This document shows, one piece after another, positions 1-8,005 of a stretch of DNA of 64,000 nt (the first letter of the stretch is position 1; the number at the start of each line of letters is the position of its first letter). The translations under genes were made by a program, and so were the position numbers. The notes beneath the pieces are model-generated. The model worked only from the letters and a program-made list of their open reading frames with translations. It had not been told where the DNA came from and ran no database searches. The stretch spans positions 124,001 to 188,000 of the IMG/VR virus record IMGVR_UViG_3300028275_000006, one strand, 5' to 3'.

Positions 1-160
1 CCATTGCGGCTTCTTCTAACAAGTTAGCAATCTTGTCGGGCTTACCTTCTGTGACTGCTAACCTGCCAGGAATCTGCCTACGTATCTCTGCTCGTTTATA
101 CAAGCGGAACACTAGGCTTTGCTCTGCTACAGGCAAATGACTTTCATCTTCACATCTCAT
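1..160 (-). CDS. hypothetical protein, runs off window start
   Basis: ATG overlaps RNA ligase stop; open frame MRCEDESHLPVAEQ... to position 1. Confidence 0.55.
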   Translation of the reverse strand, partial: MRCEDESHLPVAEQSLVFRLYKRAEIRRQIPGRLAVTEGKPDKIANLLEEAAM

Positions 161-1041
161 ACTGTCTCCATATAGTTGCGTACCCAAGATAAACGAGCTT
201 GCTCGTCCATAGCAGTATACTCCTCAATGTTAGCACGGATAGCATCCACTAGTGGATAGTATTCTTCGTCTAAATTGTGCTTGATGTCTTTGTTCAAGTC
301 TACTAACTTGTCTGTGCGTGGATTGCGAGCAACCCACTTTGAAGTCAAGTAGTAAGGTGACTTGATCTTAGAACCAACGCCGTCCTTAGTATAGAATACA
401 AAACCTTCGTGCTTAACAGTCTTTACTAGAGCCTTTAACTCGCCTACTGTAGTAGTAAAGATATCCACAGGGAGGCATCCAAGATGCTTGCCCAAAGGTT
501 CTAGCGTAAACTTTTCGTAGTATAACTTACCGTTCCAGTCTTTGTGACGGAATCCGATAAAGTACAGTCCAGGTTCTTCAGGTATGATGTGTGGGTCAGT
601 TGGATGAACGCACTCAAACATAAAAGTAAAATCTGGGGCACATCTTAGTACATCACGGAAGTTATCAGTGATATATTCCTTTGCCATATCGACAAACTCG
701 CCTGAAGTAGAACCTGTTGTTGAAACTAGGATATCTCCATTGTGCCAAGTCATAGCAACCATAAAGCCGTTAACTTTACGAAGTGCTGTGATCTCAGTAT
801 CGTCGGATAGCACTGGTGCTTCCTTTTCAATACCATAGTTATAGATCTTTGTGAATGGTCGTTGTACTACATTAAACTCAGAGTCTACAATAGTACCTCG
901 ACATTCGGCGATGTATTCGTTCCACAAGTTATCGTAGAACACTTTCTTCTTGTACTTTAGCACATAGATACCATCGCCACATTCTTTCATGTTGACTAGG
1001 TTACTAGTGTTTACATACTCCTTCAATTCATCTTTAAACAT
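157..1041 (-). CDS. T4 Rnl1-like RNA ligase
   Basis: Ligase motifs KVNG (I), FECVH (III), EGFV (IV), KIKS (V); start trimmed to MFKDEL. Confidence 0.85.
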   Translation of the reverse strand: MFKDELKEYVNTSNLVNMKECGDGIYVLKYKKKVFYDNLWNEYIAECRGTIVDSEFNVVQRPFTKIYNYGIEKEAPVLSDDTEITALRKVNGFMVAMTWHNGDILVSTTGSTSGEFVDMAKEYITDNFRDVLRCAPDFTFMFECVHPTDPHIIPEEPGLYFIGFRHKDWNGKLYYEKFTLEPLGKHLGCLPVDIFTTTVGELKALVKTVKHEGFVFYTKDGVGSKIKSPYYLTSKWVARNPRTDKLVDLNKDIKHNLDEEYYPLVDAIRANIEEYTAMDEQARLSWVRNYMETV

Positions 1042-1582
1042 GATGACCCTTAATTTCGTTGTTTTTAATTCTGCCAATCGCATATTCCATTGACACAACA
1101 ATCTCACCGGTTGAATCCATACCTACATCGAATGCACGATACTTTTCTAATCCACTAACACCTCCGTGTAAGTGACCATGAAAATGTAATGCTCCTCTGT
1201 GCATTTGATCCCACTCAGCAATCGGATAGTGAAACATGACAATCTTGTGACCATCATATGTAATATCCAAATACTCGTGTACTTCTGCAAACGCACCACG
1301 GAACGTTTCGTCCATCAATGTCTTACGGTCATGATTTCCTCTAATTAAAATCTTTGTGCCATTCAAACGCTTTACCATTCTACCAGCATCACTACCTGAC
1401 ATGAACGCTACATCGCCTAAGATGTAGACTGTGTCTTCAGGTTTGACTTTATGGTTCCATTCTTCGGCCATGGCGTTGTTCATATATGCAACGTCGTCTT
1501 TAAATCGTGCTCTCGTCACTGGACAGAACTTCATGATGTTCTTATGTCCAAAGTGTAAGTCGCTTGTAATCCATGTTTTCAT
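1034..1582 (-). CDS. calcineurin-like metallophosphoesterase
   Basis: DLHFGH, GD, GNHD, HGHLH motifs; start MKTWITSD just downstream of a consensus promoter. Confidence 0.9.
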   Translation of the reverse strand: MKTWITSDLHFGHKNIMKFCPVTRARFKDDVAYMNNAMAEEWNHKVKPEDTVYILGDVAFMSGSDAGRMVKRLNGTKILIRGNHDRKTLMDETFRGAFAEVHEYLDITYDGHKIVMFHYPIAEWDQMHRGALHFHGHLHGGVSGLEKYRAFDVGMDSTGEIVVSMEYAIGRIKNNEIKGHHV

Positions 1583-1606
1583 TTTTTCGCTCTTCTTTCT
1601 TGTTAT

Positions 1607-1635
1607 ATTATACAGCCAAAAGAACGCCCTGTCAA
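1607..1635 (-). promoter_or_regulatory. sigma70-type early promoter
   Basis: TTGACA-17nt-TATAAT. Confidence 0.85.
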
Positions 1636-1662
1636 CTCTCGAAGACAGGGCAAATGTTGTTT

Positions 1663-2130
1663 TTATACAACGGGCTTGTATGTGCGCCAATCGTCGATGT
1701 TGGGCTTTTCGTCCGCATCGTAGGTCCAACCCAAGGCTCGCATCATTCTGTGCTTAACGAGCAGATTAGGGCTTCTAAACCGCCCTGTATCCTGAAAGCC
1801 CAGCATTACGCCTACTTCGCATACAGCACCGCTACGACAAATTCCAGCAAAACAATGAACAACAACGTTCATTTTGTTATCCAAAGCGTGTTGTAAAAGA
1901 GCCACAAGTTGATTGGCTTGTTCTTGACTACACTTCATTGCTTCGTCGTCTACGTGGTCGTTTTCCTCCACGTCCAAAAATTCAAAGTTATGAATTTCCT
2001 TGAACTTATGGGCAGGAGTAGGACGCCAGCTCGCCGGGTCAACGATACTAATCAGCATACTATTTTCGCCTGCTTCGTGATGAAATCTTTTTGGGATATC
2101 ATCGGCGGCTACATTTTCAATCCAAGGCAT
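1663..2130 (-). CDS. tyrosine/dual-specificity phosphatase-like protein
   Basis: P-loop HCFAGICRS (HCxxGxxR). Confidence 0.8.
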   Translation of the reverse strand: MPWIENVAADDIPKRFHHEAGENSMLISIVDPASWRPTPAHKFKEIHNFEFLDVEENDHVDDEAMKCSQEQANQLVALLQHALDNKMNVVVHCFAGICRSGAVCEVGVMLGFQDTGRFRSPNLLVKHRMMRALGWTYDADEKPNIDDWRTYKPVV

Positions 2131-2139
2131 AATGCCTCC

Positions 2140-2508
2140 TTATTTTTTCATTGCTTCCATCATTCCGAAAAGTTCAGCCCATTGTTCACTAGGCTTTTGA
2201 CCTTCGTTAAGATTCATAATAGCAAGAAAATCCTTGTAGTTTTCTGGAACCTTGAAATAGATGTTAGCATAAGTGCAGTCAAATGAGTCGTCCTCATCAT
2301 GACTGTACCAAGGATGTTCTGACATTTCATCAAAAACATCTTCGTAGTCTTCACGGTTACCACCACCATTACGTGTATGAACAACAATGTAACCTTCATC
2401 CATATAGACATTACGGAAACGACCAAAGTCGCTTGCAGTTTTGCCTAGAATTTCAAGTAACTTTCCGCTATCGGGATTCATGCCAAATATCATGTTGTAC
2501 ATTGACAT
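2140..2508 (-). CDS. hypothetical protein
   Basis: ORF with RBS, in tandem with neighbours. Confidence 0.7.
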   Translation of the reverse strand: MSMYNMIFGMNPDSGKLLEILGKTASDFGRFRNVYMDEGYIVVHTRNGGGNREDYEDVFDEMSEHPWYSHDEDDSFDCTYANIYFKVPENYKDFLAIMNLNEGQKPSEQWAELFGMMEAMKK

Positions 2509-2510
2509 AA

Positions 2511-2882
2511 TTACTCCTTTACAAAATCAACTCTTTCACTGTAATAGCCATTCGATTGACCTAGCCAACGAATGTCCACATAACCCTTGCGAGTTGCAAA
2601 CTTGTAGAAAGTCCATGTGTAAGACTCGTATGCTTCGAAGTCGGCTGGGCTTTCGCCATCAACTTCTTCTGCTATTAGAATCTCTGAACCTACTAAGTCC
2701 TGCAAATCGCCGACTATGCTTTCTATGCTTACGCTTTCGCAACAGTCTTGCTCGTGATACATACGATAGCGTTCGCCATCTGTGGTTTCAAAAACGATCT
2801 CGTCGCCACTCTCGTTGATGTTGGACAAAGTCTTGCCCTTCAACACATCAACGTTACAATATTCTCTGTCCCAATATCCCAT
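2511..2882 (-). CDS. hypothetical acidic phage protein
   Basis: ORF with RBS; YHEQDCCE and SNGYYSE motifs. Confidence 0.7.
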   Translation of the reverse strand: MGYWDREYCNVDVLKGKTLSNINESGDEIVFETTDGERYRMYHEQDCCESVSIESIVGDLQDLVGSEILIAEEVDGESPADFEAYESYTWTFYKFATRKGYVDIRWLGQSNGYYSERVDFVKE

Positions 2883-2891
2883 GATATCTCC

Positions 2892-3110
2892 TTACTGCTT
2901 TCGCCGTTTCATCCAGGTGTAATCTACACCGTCTGGACACTTTCCATCTACAATGCTGTCAGCACCAAACATGCCAACAATTTCGTATTCGCTACTTTTG
3001 ATAGTTACAAATACTGCCAATGTTTTTGCCCAATCCATTGCTGGGCCAAGATTATCAAAATCTCGTTCGTAAACATTCTTGTTTACATCTTTCCATATTA
3101 CTTTATACAT
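2892..3110 (-). CDS. hypothetical protein
   Basis: ORF immediately downstream of promoter 3117-3145. Confidence 0.7.
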   Translation of the reverse strand: MYKVIWKDVNKNVYERDFDNLGPAMDWAKTLAVFVTIKSSEYEIVGMFGADSIVDGKCPDGVDYTWMKRRKQ

Positions 3111-3116
3111 TCAATT

Positions 3117-3145
3117 ATTATATCTTCACTTCAATATTTTGTCAA
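3117..3145 (-). promoter_or_regulatory. sigma70-type promoter
   Basis: TTGACA-17nt-TATAAT. Confidence 0.85.
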
Positions 3146-3146
3146 T

Positions 3147-3221
3147 TGGTCCCGCTACTACGAATCGAACGTAGACTTACTCTTTAGGAGAGAGTCGTTC
3201 TATCCATTGAACTATAGCGAG
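3147..3221 (-). tRNA. tRNA-Arg(CCT)
   Basis: Cloverleaf, loop CT-CCT-AA, encoded CCA. Confidence 0.9.
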
Positions 3222-3231
3222 GGAGGGAATT

Positions 3232-3339
3232 TGGTGTGACCGGGAGGGTTCGAACCTCCAAGGACGGCATATCGCCTAGTCCCGACCCACGGAGTGTTTC
3301 ACAACAGTCCTGGAGCTCTGCCTATTCGCTCACGGTCAC
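3232..3339 (-). ncRNA. atypical 108-nt tRNA-like RNA with expanded anticodon/variable region
   Basis: Acceptor GTGACCG/CGGTCAC-A-CCA, D arm and T arm GGAGG-TTCGAAC-CCTCC; no canonical anticodon arm. Confidence 0.7.
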
Positions 3340-3345
3340 ATACTA

Positions 3346-3374
3346 AGTATATAACCTTTTCAGCAGTTTGTCAA
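3346..3374 (-). promoter_or_regulatory. sigma70-type promoter for the 3339/3221 RNAs
   Basis: TTGACA-17nt-TATACT. Confidence 0.8.
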
Positions 3375-3811
3375 CGGGTTATGAGGTATTCGTAGTTCAC
3401 TGTGTTGTCGTTTTCTTGCAACACACAGGCACCATTTCTGATATGGAACTTGTAGGCCATTTCAGTTTTTGGGCTAAGTGTTACAAAACGATTAACAGTT
3501 GGGAAAAGTTCTTTTATTTGATCCACTACACCAAAAAGTAGCTCTGCGGCCGCACCCGGCGCATAACTCCAAATTGTATAGAAGATTGCTGTAGTTGGTT
3601 CTGTGGGTGTTTTAGCCAAATCTTCAACAGTTGTTGGCACAAAATCGTGCAGACTAACACAGACCATTGCACGTGGTTTTTCGCCTTCTACAGTGGTGGC
3701 GACAAATCTGCTACCGCTAACACGAAATTCTTTGGGAATTTCTGGACGTACTGGATCATCCTTGATATAGTCAAGTAATGGATTAGTAGTTTCTCTGATT
3801 AATGTTAGCAT
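3371..3811 (-). CDS. hypothetical protein, possibly GNAT-like fold
   Basis: ORF preceded by TAAATA; FYTIWSY..GAA and RFVTLSP motifs; fold is a guess. Confidence 0.6.
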   Translation of the reverse strand: MLTLIRETTNPLLDYIKDDPVRPEIPKEFRVSGSRFVATTVEGEKPRAMVCVSLHDFVPTTVEDLAKTPTEPTTAIFYTIWSYAPGAAAELLFGVVDQIKELFPTVNRFVTLSPKTEMAYKFHIRNGACVLQENDNTVNYEYLITR

Positions 3812-3849
3812 ATAACTATTTAGCATTTAGTGGGCAGATTATGGTGTTA

Positions 3850-3924
3850 TGGTGGTAACGGTGAGATTCGAACTCACACCTTGCTCCGTATGAAGGAGGT
3901 GCACGACCATTATGCTACGTTACC
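3850..3924 (-). tRNA. tRNA-Met or Ile2 (CAT), elongator
   Basis: Cloverleaf, paired G1-C72, loop TT-CAT-AC, CCA. Confidence 0.85.
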
Positions 3925-3927
3925 AGA

Positions 3928-4163
3928 TTATTAGTAAGATGTCCCGAGAGTTTTGGTTTGGGTAAGGCCATCCGACGGTGCGATTCGTCCCTCTCTTTGT
4001 CTAGCCCAACATGAAGTTCTTGTAGTCTCAATCCGCTCACCTTGCACCGGCGCTTGATACATATACTCTACAGCATTAAAGTTTATAACTTCAATTAACA
4101 AAAACTTCCGATCTTTGTTAACTCCTTGCGGATGCTTTTAGAACCTTAACTACTTACTAATAA
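3928..4163 (-). ncRNA. candidate stem-closed ncRNA F
   Basis: 11-bp terminal inverted repeat TTATTAGTAAG/CTTACTAATAA; internal hairpins incl. CCGCAAGG. Confidence 0.45.
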
Positions 4164-4165
4164 AA

Positions 4166-4434
4166 GGGGTGGAGAGAGAAAGGCAAGTAATAGACTGGAC
4201 AATGTACAAGCGGGCTCTATAAAGATACCCTTAACAAGTCACAAGGCGCAAAGCACAGGGACCTGTATATTTCCAGTTAGCAACTCACAAAGTCGATTAA
4301 TATATAGAACTGGTTCACACAAGCACGAAACGTTTTCAAGACGTTTTGCCAGTAGTTGATGTTCGGTCTCTATAAGAGATCAAACCTTAGGCATGTAGCC
4401 TAAGTCTGTCTATCCTAATCTCCTTCTCTACTCC
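4166..4434. ncRNA. candidate stem-closed ncRNA G
   Basis: Ends complementary over ~30 nt (GGGGTGGAGAGAGAAAGG..TAGAC / GTCTATCCT..TCTCTACTCC); no convincing ORF. Confidence 0.45.
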
Positions 4435-4463
4435 AGGCTCGGGCTTTCGCCTTTGCCAAAACT

Positions 4464-4537
4464 TGGTTGCGGGACCTGGAATCGAACCAGGATCTAGAGC
4501 TTATGAGACTCTTGAGTTACCGTTTCTCTATCCCGCG
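4464..4537 (-). tRNA. initiator-type tRNA-fMet(CAT)
   Basis: C1:A72 mismatch, loop CT-CAT-AA, CCA. Confidence 0.85.
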
Positions 4538-4541
4538 ATAA

Positions 4542-4676
4542 CTTTATAGGTGCTCTCTGTTCGACTCGAACGAAACCTGCTGAGCTCCTTATCTTCCTGG
4601 CACTTTCGGTGGGTAGTCGACTTAGCACCTAACTCGTGTTATCCAGTGTAGTTCAGCTCAGAGAGCATTTATAAAG
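4542..4676 (-). ncRNA. candidate stem-closed ncRNA A with T-loop-like hairpin
   Basis: Terminal stem CTTTATAAATGCTCTCTG/CAGAGAGCACCTATAAAG; TTCG-TTCGAGT-CGAA hairpin. Confidence 0.5.
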
Positions 4677-4872
4677 TGTCTAGCCACTCCCACCACAGGA
4701 GCCCTAAACCGAGCTGTTACTCTGTCCACTAGCCTTTCCATTTAGACGGTGCTGAGGTCCGCCTTTGTGATTTCTCAAGTCGCTTTAAACAAGCCTTGCG
4801 GTAGATCCAATGCACCGAGCCATTAAGGTGTAGCAATTACCTAACTCTATCACGCTGAGTTAACGCGGGGTC
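4677..4872 (-). ncRNA. candidate structured ncRNA H sharing a motif with the GOLLD-like RNA
   Basis: TAGTGGACAGAGTAACAG (4714-4731) is 15/18 identical to 7212-7229; CCGCAAGG hairpin. Confidence 0.5.
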
Positions 4873-4874
4873 TG

Positions 4875-5447
4875 TTACAGTAAACCTTCTGCTTGCAGAA
4901 CTGCTTCTGTTTTGTCAGACAATTGGATAGTTGTCTGAACATTTAACTCTAGGATTTCATCCTGAAGTTTTTGTTTCTGCTTTTTAGCAGTTGCCACTCT
5001 ACGACGGAATCCGTCTAGATCTTCACGAGTGAGCACACTAGTGTCTACTGTGTCGTTGTAGCCATAGATGCTACGACGGTTTTCGCTTTTGTCGTTACGG
5101 ATCTTGTCCAAACGACCTGCTACAACCTTTGCGCTTTCGCGAACGGTCTTACTAGCCAATCCGTTGTAGAATTGGATTTGTTTTTCTAGATGTGCAACAT
5201 CGGCCAATCTAGTGTCGATTCTAACTTCTGTGTTAGCACCGCTGACACTTTTACGAATCTCGTAAAGTGCTTCCACTAACGCATCTCTGCGTGTAAGGTT
5301 GTCGCAGAGTGTTCCTGCAACTTTGGAAATTTCTTGTTCCGCTTCTTGGAACTCGTTGATTTTTACTGTGGTCTCAAACTGGAAACCTTTGACGGTATCG
5401 TTGATACTGTTCTGAAGTGCATTTGCCTTACGTAGGGAGATATTCAT
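4875..5447 (-). CDS. coiled-coil hypothetical protein
   Basis: Start MNISLRKANALQ with RBS; heptad-rich; loosely reminiscent of DIP1984-type proteins. Confidence 0.7.
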   Translation of the reverse strand: MNISLRKANALQNSINDTVKGFQFETTVKINEFQEAEQEISKVAGTLCDNLTRRDALVEALYEIRKSVSGANTEVRIDTRLADVAHLEKQIQFYNGLASKTVRESAKVVAGRLDKIRNDKSENRRSIYGYNDTVDTSVLTREDLDGFRRRVATAKKQKQKLQDEILELNVQTTIQLSDKTEAVLQAEGLL

Positions 5448-5513
5448 TTGTTTTTCCTTTAATGTTTCTATTATACAATCTTTTAAATCTAAATCAATGC
5501 CTTTTGGCAAAAC

Positions 5514-5589
5514 TGGAGCGGGAGACGAGGTTCGAACTCGCGACATTTACCTTGGCAAGGTAATGCTCTACCAACTGAGCTACTCCCGC
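5514..5589 (-). tRNA. tRNA-Gly(GCC)
   Basis: Canonical cloverleaf with CCA. Confidence 0.95.
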
Positions 5590-5637
5590 ATATGAAGAAC
5601 CTAAGGCAAAGTTTATAACTTATCCAAAGGCCATATA

Positions 5638-5713
5638 TGGTACACGGTACGGGAATCGAACCCGTCTTACTGACGTGAAAGGCCAGTGTCCTAAACCGAT
5701 AGACGAACCGTGC
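5638..5713 (-). tRNA. tRNA-Glu(TTC)
   Basis: Canonical cloverleaf with CCA. Confidence 0.95.
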
Positions 5714-5719
5714 ATTACT

Positions 5720-5795
5720 TGGCTCCCCAGGGTGGGATCGAACCACCGACACCCTGATTAACAGTCAGGTGCTACTACCGCTGAGCTACTAGGGA
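5720..5795 (-). tRNA. tRNA-Asn(GTT)
   Basis: Canonical cloverleaf with CCA. Confidence 0.95.
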
Positions 5796-5802
5796 ATAAA
5801 CT

Positions 5803-5877
5803 TGGTACCTGGTGACAGTTTCGAACTGCCGACCCTCTCGGTGTAAACGAGACGCTCTACCACTGAGCTAACCAGGC
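5803..5877 (-). tRNA. tRNA-Val(TAC)
   Basis: Canonical cloverleaf with CCA. Confidence 0.95.
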
Positions 5878-5887
5878 AAACTAACAT

Positions 5888-5964
<77 letters not shown>

Positions 5965-5969
5965 AATGA

Positions 5970-6045
5970 TGGAGCGGGAGGCGAGAGTTGAACTCGTCTA
6001 TTTCAGTTTGGAAGACTGACGTGTAACCACAAACACTTCACCCGC
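5970..6045 (-). tRNA. tRNA-Gly(TCC)
   Basis: Cloverleaf, loop CT-TCC-AA, CCA. Confidence 0.9.
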
Positions 6046-6051
6046 ATATTT

Positions 6052-6135
6052 TGGTGCCCCAGGAGAGACTCGAACTCTCACGGCTCTCGCCACTGGCTTC
6101 TAAGACCAGCGTGTCTACCATTCCACCACCAGGGC
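6052..6135 (-). tRNA. tRNA-Leu(TAG)
   Basis: Class II cloverleaf with long variable arm, CCA. Confidence 0.95.
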
Positions 6136-6136
6136 A

Positions 6137-6940
6137 TTAACTGACAATACTATTTAAGTATTCCTGAATTGTCGTTGCAATTTTTTCTTGCACAGACAAT
6201 TTAATTTTTGCATTCTCACCATTAGCACTCATATACTGTTTTCCGTATTCAGTACAATCTATACCAGTGTGCATAAACTCTTTAAAAATTTCTGAGTTGT
6301 CAGGATTAGGATCTCCAAACCTAACAGTCGTCCATTTAATATTTTGAGAATCTAAAAACTTAATTAACATATTGTAACCATTTCTATGTCTACGAATATG
6401 CCAATCTTTGCTTTGACTTTTTTGAAAAGCAATACCGTTTAATCGCTTTTTATGAACTTCAATTGGATATCTATCTGGATTCCATTCTCCGTCTACATAA
6501 TTTTCACGTTCAAATACATATCGTTGATTGTTATATTTGAAACTGTGTGCTATATGACTAAACGTGTAATCTGTAACTAATACATGATCCGGTTTAGGAT
6601 TCTCTGCTAGGTACTGTTTTAATCTTTTGTGATGACCTATAAAATGTCCACCGTTAATAGATATATTAACTACATTGGAAACATTTAAGAAATTAGGCCA
6701 TGCGGCTTTTTGTTCTTCTTCCCATAGATAATGCCAAACAACATTTTCCATATTGCCATTGGGCATAGGTGTTGTAACATTGTTTTCTTTTCTATGTTTT
6801 AGATACCATTTAAAAACACTTCTAAAATCATTATGGAAACGTAGACTCCAAGTCCTCGGAGCATCGTCGTTGACTATGTCACCAGCCAAACAATTATTGC
6901 CATTACTTTGGCAATCTCCTAAAATTAAAAGTGTTTTCAT
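6137..6940 (-). CDS. hypothetical AT-rich protein with GDSL-like N-terminus, inserted in tRNA array
   Basis: 267 aa ORF; LILGDCQSNG resembles the SGNH block I motif. Confidence 0.65.
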   Translation of the reverse strand: MKTLLILGDCQSNGNNCLAGDIVNDDAPRTWSLRFHNDFRSVFKWYLKHRKENNVTTPMPNGNMENVVWHYLWEEEQKAAWPNFLNVSNVVNISINGGHFIGHHKRLKQYLAENPKPDHVLVTDYTFSHIAHSFKYNNQRYVFERENYVDGEWNPDRYPIEVHKKRLNGIAFQKSQSKDWHIRRHRNGYNMLIKFLDSQNIKWTTVRFGDPNPDNSEIFKEFMHTGIDCTEYGKQYMSANGENAKIKLSVQEKIATTIQEYLNSIVS

Positions 6941-6954
6941 ATTAATAGTTATCT

Positions 6955-7031
6955 TGGCGCACCGTAGGGGACTTGAACCCCTGGCCTCCGACGTGACAGG
7001 CCGGCGCTCTGACCAACTGAGCTAACGGTGC
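6955..7031 (-). tRNA. tRNA-Asp(GTC)
   Basis: Canonical cloverleaf with CCA. Confidence 0.95.
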
Positions 7032-7036
7032 AAATT

Positions 7037-7116
7037 CTATTCTGAAACACACTAACCAACTACCAGAAGCATTTATAATGCCGTTATTCGGTTCGAGCTA
7101 ATGTGTTTTAGAATAG
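7037..7116 (-). ncRNA. candidate stem-closed ncRNA C
   Basis: 20-nt terminal stem CTATTCTAAAACACATTAGC/GTTAGTGTGTTTCAGAATAG with one A:C mismatch. Confidence 0.5.
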
Positions 7117-8005
7117 TGCTAACGCTGAGATTATACGTTAGCCAATAGTGCCTCTAGCATTATAGTCAGCCTTGCGAGCCAACCTTCTCTAGACATCCAC
7201 ATAAGCCATTACTGTACCTATGTCCACTATCAGCATCGCCGTTTTTAAAGACAGGCAGTAGTCTTGTCGCCATATGCTATTCTACGCTATCTACTCCGTT
7301 GACCTTGCGAGCCATTCAGCGGCGCTAACCACTTACGAAACTTCCAGCATAAACAGATTTCACCTTGCGAGCTACGTCTGACTCGATTACCTTGCGGCTC
7401 GAGTATTAGATGCTTTTCACATATGACCGAGGCAGTCTTTGCATTTTATAATCGATAGTTGGGATCGAACCAACAGTCCATTGCTTAAGAGGCAATTGCG
7501 TTACCATTACGCTATATCAAACCTACCGCGATGAGCTGCCTCTGTTGCTCAATAACCTTTTGGATTACTGAATACAACTCACCACATACCTTTTGTCTCG
7601 CGGACTACTCAGTGATATTTCACGATCAATGTCCTGCATCAAAACAGTCCACTAACCATTAATATTGCATACAAGCCCTTAGGAGCGACCCCTTGGACAA
7701 ATACACTACCCTTTCTCATACCAATTCGCAAGTTGGTTTTGTTAGGAAGTCAGCACCACCCGTTACTTTTCATGCACCCTGGTTCCCTTGCGGGCCAGTC
7801 GATACACATTCTTTCCCTAACACTTGCTTCATTGTTACATCCACCGGTCTTCTCAGTGAACGCTACCTCGCGGTAGTGAGCAGGCTTGTTTACATGAACC
7901 ATTACTGGCGGAGTTGCGTAGGCTTACCTCCTTTGGGTTGATCACTCAACTTATTCTTCGTCAACGGCGAACCGCCAACAGGATAATAAACTACCCTTAA
8001 ATTTT
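7115..8005 (-). ncRNA. giant structured ncRNA, GOLLD-like, containing a tRNA
   Basis: ~900 nt without credible ORF; many GNRA-capped hairpins (CTCGCAAGG x3, CCGCAAGG x2, CCGCGAG x2); inside a phage tRNA cluster; boundaries approximate. Confidence 0.7.
7450..7521 (-). tRNA. tRNA-Lys(CTT) embedded in giant ncRNA, no encoded CCA
   Basis: Intact D, anticodon (ATTGC-CT-CTT-AA-GCAAT) and T arms; weak acceptor stem. Confidence 0.8.

Noticed and set aside
3232-3339. Selenocysteine or histidine tRNA call
   Set aside because: No UCA anticodon; the GTG sits in a 4- or 8-nt loop; no G-1:C73.
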